Shown here: positions 13,520-27,367 of the stretch, piece by piece
How positions within the stretch are numbered: the first letter of the stretch is position 1
Layout: the number at the start of each line of letters is the position of its first letter
NCBI GenBank assembly: GCA_951406725.2
Contig: OX597832.1
Span: forward strand, 6,324,001 to 6,388,000
Length of the DNA stretch: 64,000 bases
Direction of reading: 5' to 3'
Source of the DNA: Octopus vulgaris
Lineage: Eukaryota
Translations under genes and position numbers: made by a program
The notes under the pieces: generated by a model
What the model was told of the DNA's origin: nothing
What the model saw: the letters and a program-made list of their open reading frames with translations, nothing else
The model's database searches: none

Positions 13520-14420
13520 AATCTGATTGCTTTCTCCATCATCCAGGCACATTAACATTACATAGCACAATAGTGTTCATGCACACAAACACACGCAACA
13601 AATCATGCTTATCTCATTTCCTTCCTTTCACATTCACTCCCTTCAATGTCTATATTTTAACACCATGTAATATTGTACTTCATGTACAAACACCATACAA
13701 TCTACCTTTCATTAGTGGGAAATGTACTTTGTTGCTAATAGCAGTCACAACTCTCTAAGCTTTTTCTATCCTTTTCTTATTGTATCTACTATGCTTTTAA
13801 AGCACCCCAATTAGGCCACATATGTAGAGAAGTATTTTTCCCTGTTAGCCTGCCTATGATTTCAATACTTCTTGTATACCCATTGTGTTTACACAAGTGT
13901 TAACACTCCTTTACTACTCCCCAAGAAGTGACTATGCTTGATAACAGGAAAGACAGGACTCTTCTGCATAACTAAGGCATTTGTTTTTGCTAGATTACTT
14001 TGAGGTTCTTTTCCATTCTAAGGGTTGTTTCACCAAATCTTTGACAAATTCACTTGTGAGAACTGTGTTATCAACATACAGGGGTTCCAAAAGAGAGTCG
14101 GTCTTAATCTCAGTTATTACTTAGAGAGTTATAAGAAACAGGAGAAGGCTAAGATCCAAGCTCTCATGAATAACTACATGATGCTAAATTACTCATCTTG
14201 CTGTCAGCATCTCAGTATAGCTAGCACAACTCTCACATTCCATTCATCTACATCAAATTTTCTTAGCAACCACCACACTACAGAATGCTGAACTATCAAA
14301 TGCCTTCTCCAACTCAACAAATGCTCGTTATAATGGCTTATTCTTAACTAAGAACTTCTCATTTTCTAGTAGTTCACAAGGAAGAGAATATCAGTAGCAA
14401 CCTATCCAAGCCCAAACTTG
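13520..14420 (-). mobile_element. Heavily decayed RTE LINE RT fragment
   Basis: Minus-strand residual peptides EKFLVKNKPL*RAFVELEK and YVDNTVLTSE plus a frameshifted KV.LAKT-like stretch, collinear with the 46.5-47.5 kb RT. Confidence 0.65.
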
Positions 14421-15149
14421 AACTCTATCTCATTTAGGTAAATTTTCTCTTACTGATAAATATACTCTCTCACATCTACAAATCTACTTTGTTGCATACA
14501 CACACTCATATGAATACACTAGCTGTCATGCAAGCACATACACAAGTATGTTAACTTGTAGAAACAGGATAGATTCTCCTTCTCTCACTCAAACCTTGGA
14601 TGACAATATGTAAGCAGTTTAATACCTCCACATAGCACTTGGGTACCTTTACTGTTGAAAACAAGCATAAATGACAAAACTTCGGTCTGAGAATAAGTTT
14701 AACAGTTTCGGTTGTTCAGAAAAGGACCATGGATCATGCCCTTCTTTCTTTGTTTACATCATGTGGGGAAAAAACCTTATAAATATACACACTTCCTTCA
14801 ACAGGATATATTCTAAAATTGAAATGATACATAGAAGATTGCATGGCCTTCTGCACAAGGATGACATGCAGGTTCTTGAAGTGTTCCGTATTTTTTGTAA
14901 CATAAAATTCAGTCTTTGTTGCAGCGTGGTGGCTTGCATGCCTTACTGGCCCTGTGAGTTATGCCAACAGAGTGCAAGCTCCTGGTAGGGCCTCCCATGC
15001 AGGACAGATCAAAGAGTAGCGGTCAAGCTAATTAGAACCACCTCTTCTCAGAGGTAAAAATTGAGATTGCATCAAGTCAACATGTTACACCCTTATTTAG
15101 AAAAAAGCAAAGTTACAGAAGCATTGATGACAATTCAAAACCAACAAGA

Positions 15150-15345
15150 CCTCCAGGTAAACATATACCCTAACCAGGAACACACGAGTGAGGCACAAGA
15201 GAAGACTCTCTAAAAAGAGTTGGAGGCAGCAAAAAGCAAGGATCCAATGGGAAAAAAGCAGGAGAGACAGCCCAGGGTTGAGAACAGTAGAGAATAGTCA
15301 TCAATGGCCAATGTTCCATAGGGAATGAAAGGCTCAAGTAAGTAT
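15150..15345 (+). mobile_element. 3' end of a further RTE-type LINE
   Basis: EKAGETAQG*EQ*RIVINGQCSIGNERLK* resembles the RTE C-terminus AQDR..WR..V..LC; (aagt)n tail. Confidence 0.55.
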
Positions 15346-15918
15346 ACACATATACACTCATTTCTCTATTACACACACAACTATGCTTTCTCTCTCATGC
15401 TCTCTCTTGTACACAGTATACACATACATACTCTAACATACAAATTCTCCCATACATACAGTTTCTTTTACACATATTCACTCACCATATCCTCTCACAC
15501 TTCCCCACACACAAAGTTTAACAAAACAACCATCATCAGGGTGGTTTTGTTAAACTTTTAGTTCAGTGCTTTGTTACCAACCTCAGTCACCACCACTACC
15601 AACCCATCAGATCACTTTATCTATATTAATCCATCCACATTATCATCCCTTATATATCATGCATCACAACTAATCATATTTTATATTTCATAAAACTTTT
15701 ATTACAGTTTTTTATGTTAAAGAAAAAAAAAACATCTTCCTTCATTTAAACATCAAGTGCTATTGTTGTTCTTGTTCATTGTGCAAATCTGTTAATTAAA
15801 AATTGAAATTTTCAGTATATTTCACAAACATCTTATGTTAAACAAAGACCAGAAACAAAAGTTGTAAATTTGATTTATCTTTTTAAAATATACATATTTA
15901 GCACAAAGATTTATATGC

Positions 15919-16332
15919 TGGCATGGCTGTGTGGTTAAGTAGCTTACTTCCCAACCAGATGGTTCTGGGTTCAGTTCCACTGTGTTGGACAATGAGTAAA
16001 TGTCTATTATAGCTTTTAGTCAGCCAAAGCCTTATGAGCAAATTTAAATGGAAACTGAAAGAAGCCTATCATGTATGTGAGAGTTGATATCTCTTTGTTT
16101 TAACATTGTATGATTGTTGTAAATGAGTATCACCATCATACAAGCTGTACCTTTCATTTCCTATCTTCCATGAAAACCTATCCAGCTGTGAGACAAAAAA
16201 ACTATATTACTTGGAAACAGGTAAGAGTTTGCAACAAGAAGAGCATCTGGTTGTAGAAAATATGCCTCAACAAATTCCATCTGACCCATATGAGTAAGGA
16301 AAAGTGGATGTTAAAACAATGCTGATGAGGAT
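15919..16332 (+). mobile_element. SINE family B variant ending in an RTE-like tail
   Basis: catggctgtgtggttaag...ggttcagttccactg head; ends gacccatatgagtaaggaaaagtggatgttaaaacaatgctgatgaggatga. Confidence 0.75.
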
Positions 16333-18616
16333 GAAATGTACATCTGTCTTAACTATGTGTTGACTATTCACTGCTGGAAACAAAACAATCATTATGCCAA
16401 TGCTCAAAGTGGAAACCCTAAGAATATTATATTTCATGAAGTATATGTTATGAAGAATAAAAAGGATTACAAACAATATAATATATGTAGAATTAACACT
16501 ATTCATTTTTCAAAAAATTGGCCTTCAACCCAGTCATCAGTTTCTTGTCTAATGTTAGGCCACCTACTAATCTGTCTTGCAAGTGTAACAATTTGGATTA
16601 GTGCTTGAGTCGCATAATTGTTATTTAGCCCCAGGTCAAACAAACCTGTGATCAAGCAAGTATATGATTCGTTTTCATATCTTTAACTATACTGTCCATT
16701 TCCTTATTTAAGATGGTAGTTTGGTCAGAGAGATTTGACTGCCATTTCCAGCAGGCTTGGCAACTACATAGAAGATCCCTCATCAGATAGAACAAATGTT
16801 TACAACTAGATCAGTCCTGATCAAGCAGACCTATGGTCAAAGACAATCCAACCATGACAACGCTGTCTGAGGGTAGGGTACAATGTACTCAGAATACATT
16901 ATCCAATGTCCTTTATTTAAAAAAAGCAAAAGCAGTAGCATGTGATTAGAGATTTGGATGGTATTTCTAGCAAGTGAAGCTATTACATAATGGATTACAC
17001 CTATTGATAAAGAGAGTCATGAGAATTTTTATGCAAAATTAAGATCCTGGATAATTAGCTACATTGTCATAAGTTTACATTTCACTGCTACAGCCATTTT
17101 TATTAAACTTACAAAAAAAGTTACCTAAAGTTGTTGGCTCAGTGTGAACAGAAATACATAAATAAAATTTAGAATTTCCATTCCTTCTTCAGTTTCACGA
17201 TTAGTAATAGAAAGTAGATCTACATCTGCTTTAACAAATAAAATATCCCTTCATGCAAGTATGGAGAAAATAATAAAAAAACTTGCAATAATAACAAAAA
17301 GTACATTCTAAGTGTATTCTGGATGAAGCAAAACAGTTTCAACAAAGAATCAGAGGTGAGCTTGTGATTCAATTTGCTGAAAGCTAACCTTTGAGTTCAT
17401 GGCAATGGCCAAATGAATCATAAAACCTAAGACTAATGTATCATCAGAAATATTTGGTACTAAGAATACATTTATTGCAATATATTGCAGCATTAACAAT
17501 GTAAACTCCTGGATGAATAAATATGAATAGCAAATAATCATAATACTGGTATTCTTGTTAAGTTTAAAGGAATATAAAAACACAGGTTATGAGAATCTCC
17601 AGCTTTCAGGCTACAACAAAGAAACCAATTTATGTAAATAGTTACCTTACAGATGAGTGGAATATGAAACAGATTGAGTTTACATTATGGTTTCTTGTCC
17701 ATTAATATGTTTTGATGACATTTGAGCTGAGTGATGTTGAAAATATTGAATTCCTAAGAGTAGAAACCAAGTTGACAATAATAATGGAATTAACATACAA
17801 TAGAACTCTTTAATACAAGATTAAGTTATTGTTATTCAATAAAGTTCAATTAGCATTGCCTGTAAATTAATAAACTCATAAAATTTCAGCTCTAGAGATA
17901 TTCCATGTGTATGTATTAAAATGATAATATTCTGTTCTGCATTGAGGATTGTGTGTGACAAAAGTTAAATATGACATGCCCGTCTCTTCTAGTAGAAGAC
18001 CATACTTTACACACCATTATGCAATGCTTTACTACATGAATGCGAGTTCTCAAAGATTTGTTAATATATACATAGTGTTTTAACAATTTAGAAAATTTAT
18101 GTCTTCTGAAAATGATGTTCTCTATACTTGTCCCAGAGATTTGAGAATAAAGAGAATCTTGATAGAAAAAAAAGATATCAAAAGCAACTTTATTTGCTCA
18201 AAATTGCAATTACTTGGTTGAGGTATTTTAATATATAGGTCATGAGTTCATAATCACTGGCATTTATAATTCATTCTGAGAATAACTAAACTATGAGATG
18301 AAGTAAAAAATAGGATTGAAGGAAACTGATGAAGCTGTCTATTGGTGTGTTGCTAATCCAAGCAAATAATTGGCCTTATCTGGGAAACTGAAAATTAGCA
18401 ACAGACAGTATTATGCACAATTTTCAAGATAATATTTGAACCTTGCATATCAGGCAACTATTTCCCTTATATCAATTAAAAAGATACACGGATGTCCTCT
18501 TGTAAAGGTTATCATGCTAGAGATTAAGAAATAGCCAATGGCTGTAATAATGATATACACACAAATACACACTCATTATATATATATATACACACACACA
18601 CACACAGAAAGAGAGA

Positions 18617-19214
18617 GTCATCCCATAAATAATGCAGTTTTTTCAATTGTATGAACTCAAAGTCGGAGGGGGACAGGATAAACTACCTACATCAACTTGC
18701 TATAAAAGCAGGTAGTAATTTTACCTTGTCCTTATTCTTAGTGCAAGTTTTGAAGAGTGCAATTCGATTTTAACAGTTATTTTTTTCAAAGCTATAATAG
18801 AAGTGACAAAGGGGTATATTCAGCATATTTTGCTTTATGAGTGCAATAAAGGCAACAGCACAATGGAAAGTGCAAGAAATATTAATGCAGTATATGGGGA
18901 TCAGACAATAAGTATAAACCAGTGCCAACTGTGGTTCCAGAAATTCTGAGCCAGAAACTACAGCCTAGAAGATGAGTCTCATCCTGGAAGTTCTGTGGAT
19001 CTCAACGGGGACGTTCTGCAAACCCTGGTGTAACAAAATCCCATCATAACTGTTGAGGATCTGGCAGAGATGCTTCCATCAGGATAATGGAGGAGTATTT
19101 TTCGTCATGGACAAGTGAATTTTGGAAGAGGGGCCTTGCAAGTCTACCAGATAGTTGGGAGAGCATTGTAGAAAATGAAGGACAGTATTAAAAAAATGCA
19201 TTATATATAGGATG

Positions 19215-19216
<2 letters not shown>
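18617..19216 (+). mobile_element. Internally deleted mariner transposon
   Basis: TIRs gtcatcccataaataatgcagtttttt / aaaaaatgcattatatataggatgac; decayed HTH region HILLYE.NKGN...ARNINAVYGDQT...WFQKF...SLEDE fused to the C-terminus FWKRGLASLPDSWESIVENEG. Confidence 0.9.
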
Positions 19217-19251
<35 letters not shown>

Positions 19252-19255
<4 letters not shown>

Positions 19256-19737
19256 GAAATATTAAAATTACTAAGTCTCTCTAAAAGAGAACACGGCAGC
19301 GTTCCTGGAAATTAATAGTTATCGCCATACTAATATGGCATTCTTATAAAAATAAGAATAAAGCTGTCCGCTTATTAGCTCCATGGAAGCATCTCTGCTA
19401 GATCCTCAACAGTTATGATGGGATTTTGTTACACCAGGGTTTGCAGAACGTCCTCGTTGAGCTCCACAGAACTTCCAGGATGAGGCTCATCTTCTAGGCT
19501 GTAGTTTCTGGCTCAGAAGTTCTGGAACCATAGTTGGCACTGGCTTATGTTTATTGTCTGATCCCCATAAACTGCATTAATATTCCTTGCACTTTCCATT
19601 GTGCTGTTACCTTTATTGCACTCATAAAGCAAAATATGCTGAATATACCCCTTTGTCACTTTTATTATATCTTTTATTATATCGGACAGCTTTATTCTTA
19701 TTTTTATAAGAATGCCATATTAGTATGGCGATAACTA

Positions 19738-19742
<5 letters not shown>
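19252..19742. repeat. Fold-back structure: perfect 60-bp inverted arms around an inverted copy of the neighbouring mariner
   Basis: 19311-19370 is the exact reverse complement of 19683-19742; 19383-19669 is about 95% identical to the reverse complement of 18793-19079; (AT)n on both sides. Confidence 0.9.
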
Positions 19743-19810
<68 letters not shown>

Positions 19811-19832
19811 GTATGTATATCATCATCATCAT

Positions 19833-20195
19833 TTTATGAACATGGCGAAGCGATCAGTACTTTTCCCAAACATCATTTGTAGCTATGTGACCTCTGATGA
19901 CAAAGTCCGATTCTGGAGAGACATATGTCCGCAGGTGGGGACACACACACACACTAGGAAGATAATTTTCAGTGGTAAACTATTTTTATGTTACTATAAA
20001 TAAAAGCCAATTTTCTCAAGGTTTTCATTTTATATAATCTGAAAAGGTGTGCAATATAACACTATCTTTTTAAAGCAATTAAAGAAAATATTGTTCATGC
20101 TGTTATGGTATGCTGGAATAAAATATTGGCCTTTGGTTTTTTTTAAAGGAAATGAATGATGAAAATATTTTAACTTTACATGAATTGATTTGGAT
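19833..20195 (+). repeat. Probable short interspersed element in (AT)n context with a hammerhead-like motif
   Basis: CpG-richer island between microsatellites; acct-CTGATGA-caaag-tcc/gga hairpin-GAGA-catatg-TC-cgc-aggt at 19890-19936; single copy in this window. Confidence 0.45.
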
Positions 20196-23057
20196 ATATA
20201 TAGATGCACATCCTGAAATACTTACAGAAAGAAAAAAAAATACTACTTTCAAATTTCAATTTTTATTATCAAGGGCTCTTTACATTAAGTTTAAACCCCA
20301 TTGACGTTGATTCTGCATTTTACCTTTCCAGAGTCGATAAAATCTTTATCTATTGATCTTGGAAGGAAGAATTAATACAATGAGAACTGGTGCTGATTTA
20401 ATCTACTAACCATTTCCCTAACATTTTTTTGCATTTTGCCTATGTTGGAGCAATTATTAAGAGAAATGGACAAGCAAAAACTATAGTGACAGGCATGTCT
20501 TGCTGTCTTTAGTTGCAACCTTTATGTTCAGAGTTCAAATTCCATCAAAGTCGACTTTGCCTTTCATCCTTCTGAAGTTGATATTAAAAAAGAAAGAAAG
20601 AAAAAGAAGAAGAGAGAGAAAGAAAGAGAGAACGGGAAAAGAGAAAAAAGGAAGAAAGGAAAGACATAGAGATCAGGTATGATCAAACCTGGAGAGAGTT
20701 TAAATGCTTAAAGCATATTGCATTCCAGGTTTAGATCCCTTAGACATGCTGTGCATCAGAACTCCACCAGGAATTGAGAGCTTAGGGCAACATATTTATT
20801 TCCATATTATTAATTTTGCAAGTTATTTACTATACTCAGTTTCAAAGTTGTGATAATTTTTCTATAAATTATTTTAGAAGTGATATTTGATTATTTATGT
20901 TGATATATGATTGGATTTAAATAATTTCTAGTAAATTTTAAGAATTGCTTAGCTTAGCTTAGCTTCAGCTTAGACCTGAAGGTATATAATTTTCAATATA
21001 TTCTTTAGAAAACAAGAAATTTTATTTCACAATTTATATTCTGCTCTAAAAATGACAATTTAAAATTAAAGTAAGAAAACTTGTGAATTTATCTTCAAAT
21101 GTCATTCCTCTTCAATGTAAGGAAAAGGTTAATACTATTCGGTATAGGTTTAATTTTATAGTAAACTTTAATACATAGAAATTCCACAACATACTAAAAA
21201 TGATATAGTTAAAGATACATTGAATAACTGTCTGCAAAATATTGATAGCAGAGGAAATAAAGTTAAGCCAATACAAGAGATGTGGACAAATCAATAGACA
21301 ATGACCTAGAAATGAATGATACATTCAGAATACTAGCATTGATAAATCATTACAATTCTTTCTAATGGATTTCATGAGAGGAATCTAACACAAATACTTA
21401 ACAATAGGTAATTTATAATTAGAAGTAATGACAAAATGGTGACTTTCTGGAATCAGCTGTATGTGTAATTTGATGCATAATATAATTACAAATTTCCTAA
21501 TTAGGAAAAGGTTAGAAAATCCTTTCCATACTAAATTTCCACATATACATTGGCTAACTACACCATTCTATTTAGTCCACAATTAATTTTATAATCTCCT
21601 TCAGAAAAAACAGTATGCTTATAGCGAAAATTTTTTTTTTTTTTTGCAGCTAATTTCCTTTAGTGTTTTACTTCTAGCACATTTCTAAATCATACTGCAT
21701 TAATAATTTAATATTTTATGAAATCAAAAGTAGTCAGATGATTGACACAATATTTCTCACCACAATAGCAAATCTGAAACAAAGCATCTCAAAAACAACC
21801 ATCAAACTTCCAGCAGAATATTTCCAAATTATCTCAAAACTACTCAATAATGCTGACTGAAAGGTCACCTATATGAAATTAAATCAATTTTCTTTTTTAC
21901 CTTAGCATTTAAGAAAAATTTTTAAATCCAGTAGAAATTCTCATTAGATGAAATACATTCATATACAATGATTCAGCTTAGTTGTACAAATTCATACAGA
22001 AAGGAAAATAACTAGTGAAGGAAGTTTAGATATCCAAACTATAAATGTCAACACCTATTACAATGTTAATAACGATTTCTAACAAAGGCGTAAAACCAGA
22101 AACGTTTGTGCATGTATGTGAGCTTGTACATGTATGTATGTGTATGTATGTTTGGAAAGTGTTGAGAATAACCAGTCAATTATAACAACCCCAGTACTCA
22201 TTTGACATTTGTTTTTAATGTATTAATGAAATGCATATACAAACATATAAAAGAGATTATACTACTTATAAAGATATATGAAAAAAAACTAATGGCTTTT
22301 ATATACCACATGCTATAAATGCACAACAAGATATATTATATAGCTTCTATTGTCAACATTGTCATTGATACTAGTTTGACTAATGACCAAGATTCAAGCT
22401 TCGTTGATTTATGTAAATCAGAATAAGTGGGGTGTCAGAATACAAGTGTTCTCACTGTAACTCAATTTTTCTGTGGTTTGTGCTGACACTATTTTCAATC
22501 TTTTAAAATGATTTTTGGTCTCACAAACAACAATTTTAGTTTTTCAAACTCTCTGGTTACAGTTAAGCGAGCCATAAACTCCTAGCATGCCAAAATATTA
22601 GATAACTATATAATGTAATTGCTATCAAAACAAGTTTACATTCCAAACAGTTATATCATAAAGTAGATCTTGCAGTGTCCTAGTTTGTAGCAATGATGGA
22701 ATTAATTTCTCTGAAGCAAAAATTCAGGCTTATCATAATTCTTAATGACAAACTCAACAGAGTATAGATTAGCTCTTGCTGAACATTACTTGCACTACAT
22801 CCAAAGAAAAAACTAAATCTTTAATGACAGTCTACTTAGCTGACGATATTTATCATGTAAATGCTGAGATCAAACCTGACAGGCACTGATGTTAAACTAC
22901 ATCAGTTCATTGGTCTTTGAATCACTAAAAGTGAAATTTTCAGGCATTCCCAAAGAGTCTACTGGCAACTAACTGCAAAAAGATACTAGTACTAGTAACC
23001 AACTGTAAAAAGAGATTTAGTACACTATTTAGCAGTTGGATAAGTCTTTTGTACATA

Positions 23058-23912
23058 CAAGGTGGATTCCAGAAGTTTTTGAACATTTTCAGGAGAGACA
23101 TTTATTATCTTCAAAGAAGTACAAAAGTCTTATCTCCTAAGTAGGATCCTCTCAATTCAATGCACATGTGAAGGCCACATGGAAGTCTTCCAAAGGGAAT
23201 GTGTCCAGGACTCCTGTCACAGCCTTTTTCATCTTCAAAACAACTGCCCCTGAGGTTCTCCTTTAGCTTAGGGAACAACCAATAGCCACAAGGAGCAAGG
23301 TCTGGACTATAGAGCGGGTGAGGAACAGTTTTGATGGCTATCTCCATCATCAAGTAATTGGTTACCAGCATGTTCATCACTAAGCACACTGAGAATAAAA
23401 TTCAAATTTTGTGCATGTTCAGATTTTCATGAATAATTCTGTGTTCAAGTGCCACACCAACTCCAAACTAATCATTGTCTTTTTAGACACACAACAGTCT
23501 TCACCCTGAAAATTGCAAATTTCCTTGACCAGCTCTAATAATCTATTACATCTCGCTCCCTCCCACACCTCTCATCATTCTTCACCTCTCTTCTGTCCTT
23601 GAACCTCTTGTGCCAGTGAAAAAAATTAATCAATAAGCAGTCTAGAACACTTCGTAAGTTTCTGTGGCATTTTGATAGAAAACTTTATTGCACAGAAAGC
23701 TTTTAAATGTCCCAACTACATTCTGCAAACTAGTCAGCTACGACAAGCAGTGTTTACTAGGATGTGTTGAAAGTGCTGTTACAACTGTCTCCTTCAATCT
23801 GGAATAACAAAAGTTGAGAGGTCAGCTTATTAGCTGTATAGCAATAGCTTATTGGACGTATAATTATGACTACCTCTTCTAAAAAGTCTCAAAAGTTCTG
23901 GAATTCACCTCC
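23058..23912 (-). mobile_element. Decayed mariner transposon
   Basis: TA-flanked TIRs caaggtggattccagaagtttttga / tcaaaagttctggaattcacctcc; PHPLYSPDLAPCGYWLFPKLKENLRG motif (ORF 23111-23389). Confidence 0.9.
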
Positions 23913-24984
23913 TATAAATAGAATAGGATAGATTTATCAAAGCAAAGCAACAAAACCAAAACTTAATATTTTTCACTGAAAAGGAAGTTATGACAAGCTA
24001 TTGAATCCAAAGGAAATGTAGCAAACAAGAGAATCGGGTTTAACATATTTCACATAATTGTGGGCTACAAAGGCAAGGCAATGAATATTAGCAGCTGGAT
24101 AAGGTATGAATGGATTTCTGAAACTCGGATCCATGACCTAATTTTTGTTGCTGGTTGTAGCAACTTTATTTTATCTTGCATAGCTAAAACCCTTAAAAAA
24201 AAAGTTTGGTTCTCACAATTCTCCTAAAAACATGTCTTTATACCCGACCAGAGAAAACTGGTAGAAACCACCTCAGTGTCTCCTTTGTAAGATATTACTT
24301 TAGAGTAATAAGTAACTACATCCAGAGTGGTAAACTTAACACCATAACCTGGTCCTTGGAAAGACCTTTAGCAGAATTCACTGTTGCAAACATTCAAACT
24401 AGATTCCCTGTTCACTCCTTTCTCAGAATTTTTTGTTTGCAGGCATTGTCCTGAGGTTAGAAGCATGAACTTCACCAACTCCACCAGTCGGAAAAAGCAT
24501 TTAAAATTTCATGGCTACTGCTTCTACTTTGACTAACACAAGAAAAAAAAGAAAAACAAGAGAAAATTATATAAAGTGGTACTCATTTCTTTTGAATTTC
24601 ATGAGAGAGAGATGGTGAAGGCATGGTAACAAATGTCAAGAGATGAAATTATATACTATTAGACTTCATGCTGACAGGTTAGTATAAAAAATAGGGAAAA
24701 TATCATCCAAAAATACACACTCTTATAAAATACATTATTTCTATATGTGACATAACCAAAGTAAATTCCTAAACTTTTCTTTCGTTGTTACCTGCTCATT
24801 ATTCATTATTTTGCTTCTATTTTGCTTCAGTTTAACATCCCAGTGAATAGCCTCACCAGCTTAAACTATGAACTAGAAATAGAGTATACACATTTTTATC
24901 ATGCTGTTGAATTAATTTTTACAATTTCTATTTTTATCTATTTTAGAAAAAAAAACACGCTAACCTAAGTGTAGATATTTATCT

Positions 24985-26185
24985 TGAGGGCCAAAATTTA
25001 TGCAAAAGTAGATGTAACTTTTTTTTGTTAACTGACATAGGCTGTCCAAATTGCATATGTTCATTGAGTAATTTATCTGCTATACATAGTATTTACTCAA
25101 CATAATCTCAATTGCAAGTGATGCATTTGTGCCATCAATGAACCCAACTCTCAAATCCTCTTTTGCTGTACCTTTTTCTATATAATCACTTCCAACTGGT
25201 CTGTGTCATCAATTAGTTGTCCTAGAAGACTGTCCTTCACTGGCCCAAACAGATGGAAGTCAGAGGATGCCAGATCTGAACTGTATGATGGCTGAAAGAC
25301 CACTAGCCAGCCCAATTTGCTGGTTGCTTGATAGATTTATGTGGTTATACAGTGACATGATGAAATATGGATTGTTTTCATATTTCTGTTCATTCCTTTC
25401 CACCTAATAGCTTCTCTAAACTCCTTTAGGGTGTCAAATGCACAACTTGCTGTTTACAACAAGTAGTATGAGAATGGTGCCCATGTCATCCTCCAAAATA
25501 GTCATCATGATTTTCTGTGCTGATCAGTGACTCTTGAAGCTCTTAGGCCTTGCATGGTCTGAGCTTTTGTTTCTGGATCAATGATACAACCAAATTTCAT
25601 CCCCAGTCATCAGATCAAGAACAGAAAAAAAATTTTTTGTTGGCTTCAAATGTTTCCAATAGATTAGAGCAAGCTGCTACCCTTCTCTTCTTCAAATCAG
25701 GTGTCAACTGTCAAGGTTCTTACTTTGTATACTCTTTTAATCTCCAGTCTTCCACCATCTTCTGCAAGGCATTGTGACCACAGATTGCGACTTAGCTGTT
25801 GTGCAAACCTTTTCATCCACTCACTGATGATTGATGTCAATTGGTTGCTGTTGATGATCCTACTCTGTATGATCTGTCTTTAATACTAGTTTCCCCTTCT
25901 TTAAACTTCTTCCTCGATCTGTGCACACTACTCTTGTAAATGGTATCATTTTAATAAACAATCTGTAGACTTTTGTATATGTCAGACAGCCTGCAACCCT
26001 CCTTTGTCAAGAACTCAAAAACAATTTTTGCTGCTGCATAGAACCCATTATTTGCCTGCAATGAACAAAAGGAAGAAGATCTATAGAGGAAAAGTTACTC
26101 TACCAGCATGTGCAACTTGATTAATGGATACCTGTATCCATTAATGAAAAAGTTATGCACACTTTTGCATTACTTTCAGTATAAC
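24985..26185 (-). mobile_element. Near-full-length decayed mariner transposon
   Basis: Minus-strand LMTGDEIWLYH, SAQKIMMTI, QPSYSSDLASSDFHLFGPVKDSL and WHKCITCN*DYVE*; imperfect TIRs atgcaaaagt...taactttt at both ends. Confidence 0.8.
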
Positions 26186-27003
26186 AATTGAATCTTCAAA
26201 ATCCATAGTGATCTATTTTTATCAGCAATCCAGTTTCTCTTACAGGTATTACTTCAGAAAATGTTTACCTATTATTCCTCTAATCAAAGGAACATTTCAC
26301 ACACAACTACATTCATAGCAGCTTAATGTTATCATCATCCACTATTTACTCTGGTTTATATGAAAAATGTGATTAGGTCTACAGTGTGCAATCTCGTCAA
26401 TTTTAGCATCATTTAATTGGAATGCTTTTATTCTTTTAATTGCTTCAGTCATTTGACAGCAGCCATGCTGGAGCACTGCTTTATTTTTTATTTTTTAACA
26501 CAATGGTTTCGAAAATAATACTGTTGCATTTACTATAATAGTACTAGAGAGATCTGAAGCAGAATATGCTGAACACCAGAATTAGAATCTACAATATCTA
26601 TTGGAATTCCTACTAAAACATTAGAATTCTCAACCATTAAATTAGATAAATTTCAGACATTTAAATAGGATACTACACGGGTAATAGAGCAGAAAATTAA
26701 GACTTAGAATAGATAATTAACTGATGTAAAAAAAAAAAAAAAAAAAAAGCTATATAGCCAAAATCTATAACAACTTCAATTTGACTTGGTATTAGAATTC
26801 ACAATGAGTTATGGCAGTTTAGCTCATTTGTTAAGGCAAGTAAAAGCTTATGAACATATTTGTTTTTTTTTCTAAAATAGAAATTAAATAAGGATTTAAG
26901 AAAACTGTAGGAAATTTACTTAAATCCTTATTTTATGGTTTTCATAGGGATAACACACACAGTACACCCAGAATTTCCTGGAAGTGCCATCCATATAATT
27001 TTA

Positions 27004-27311
27004 CAGTTCTATATTTAAGAGGTGAAGAATTATGTACATTATTTACATTTGACAGATATTTGTTCTCATCGTGTTTGTTGTTAACACAACATTTCAGCTG
27101 ATGTCTTGGAGAAATTTTGAACTCGCGTTCTCATTCCTAAGGTATTTTCCAATATTATTATTATTATTATTCAGGTCACTGCCTGGAATTGAACTCAGAA
27201 TCTTGGGGTTAGTAGCCCGTGCTCTTAACCACTACGCCATGGGCATATGGCGTAGTGGTTAAGAGTGCAGGATACTAACCCCAAGATTCCGAGTTAGATT
27301 CTAAGCAGTGA

Positions 27312-27367
<56 letters not shown>

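Noticed and set aside
24440-24532. Strong minus-strand splice acceptor
   Set aside because: All three frames stop within about 20 codons; it could be a terminal or non-coding exon but is unsupported
26886-26933. 15-bp AT-rich hairpin
   Set aside because: Low complexity and isolated; no function inferable
27245-27316. tRNA gene
   Set aside because: It has A/B boxes but no convincing acceptor stem or T-run terminator and is embedded in a repeat; treated as a SINE head
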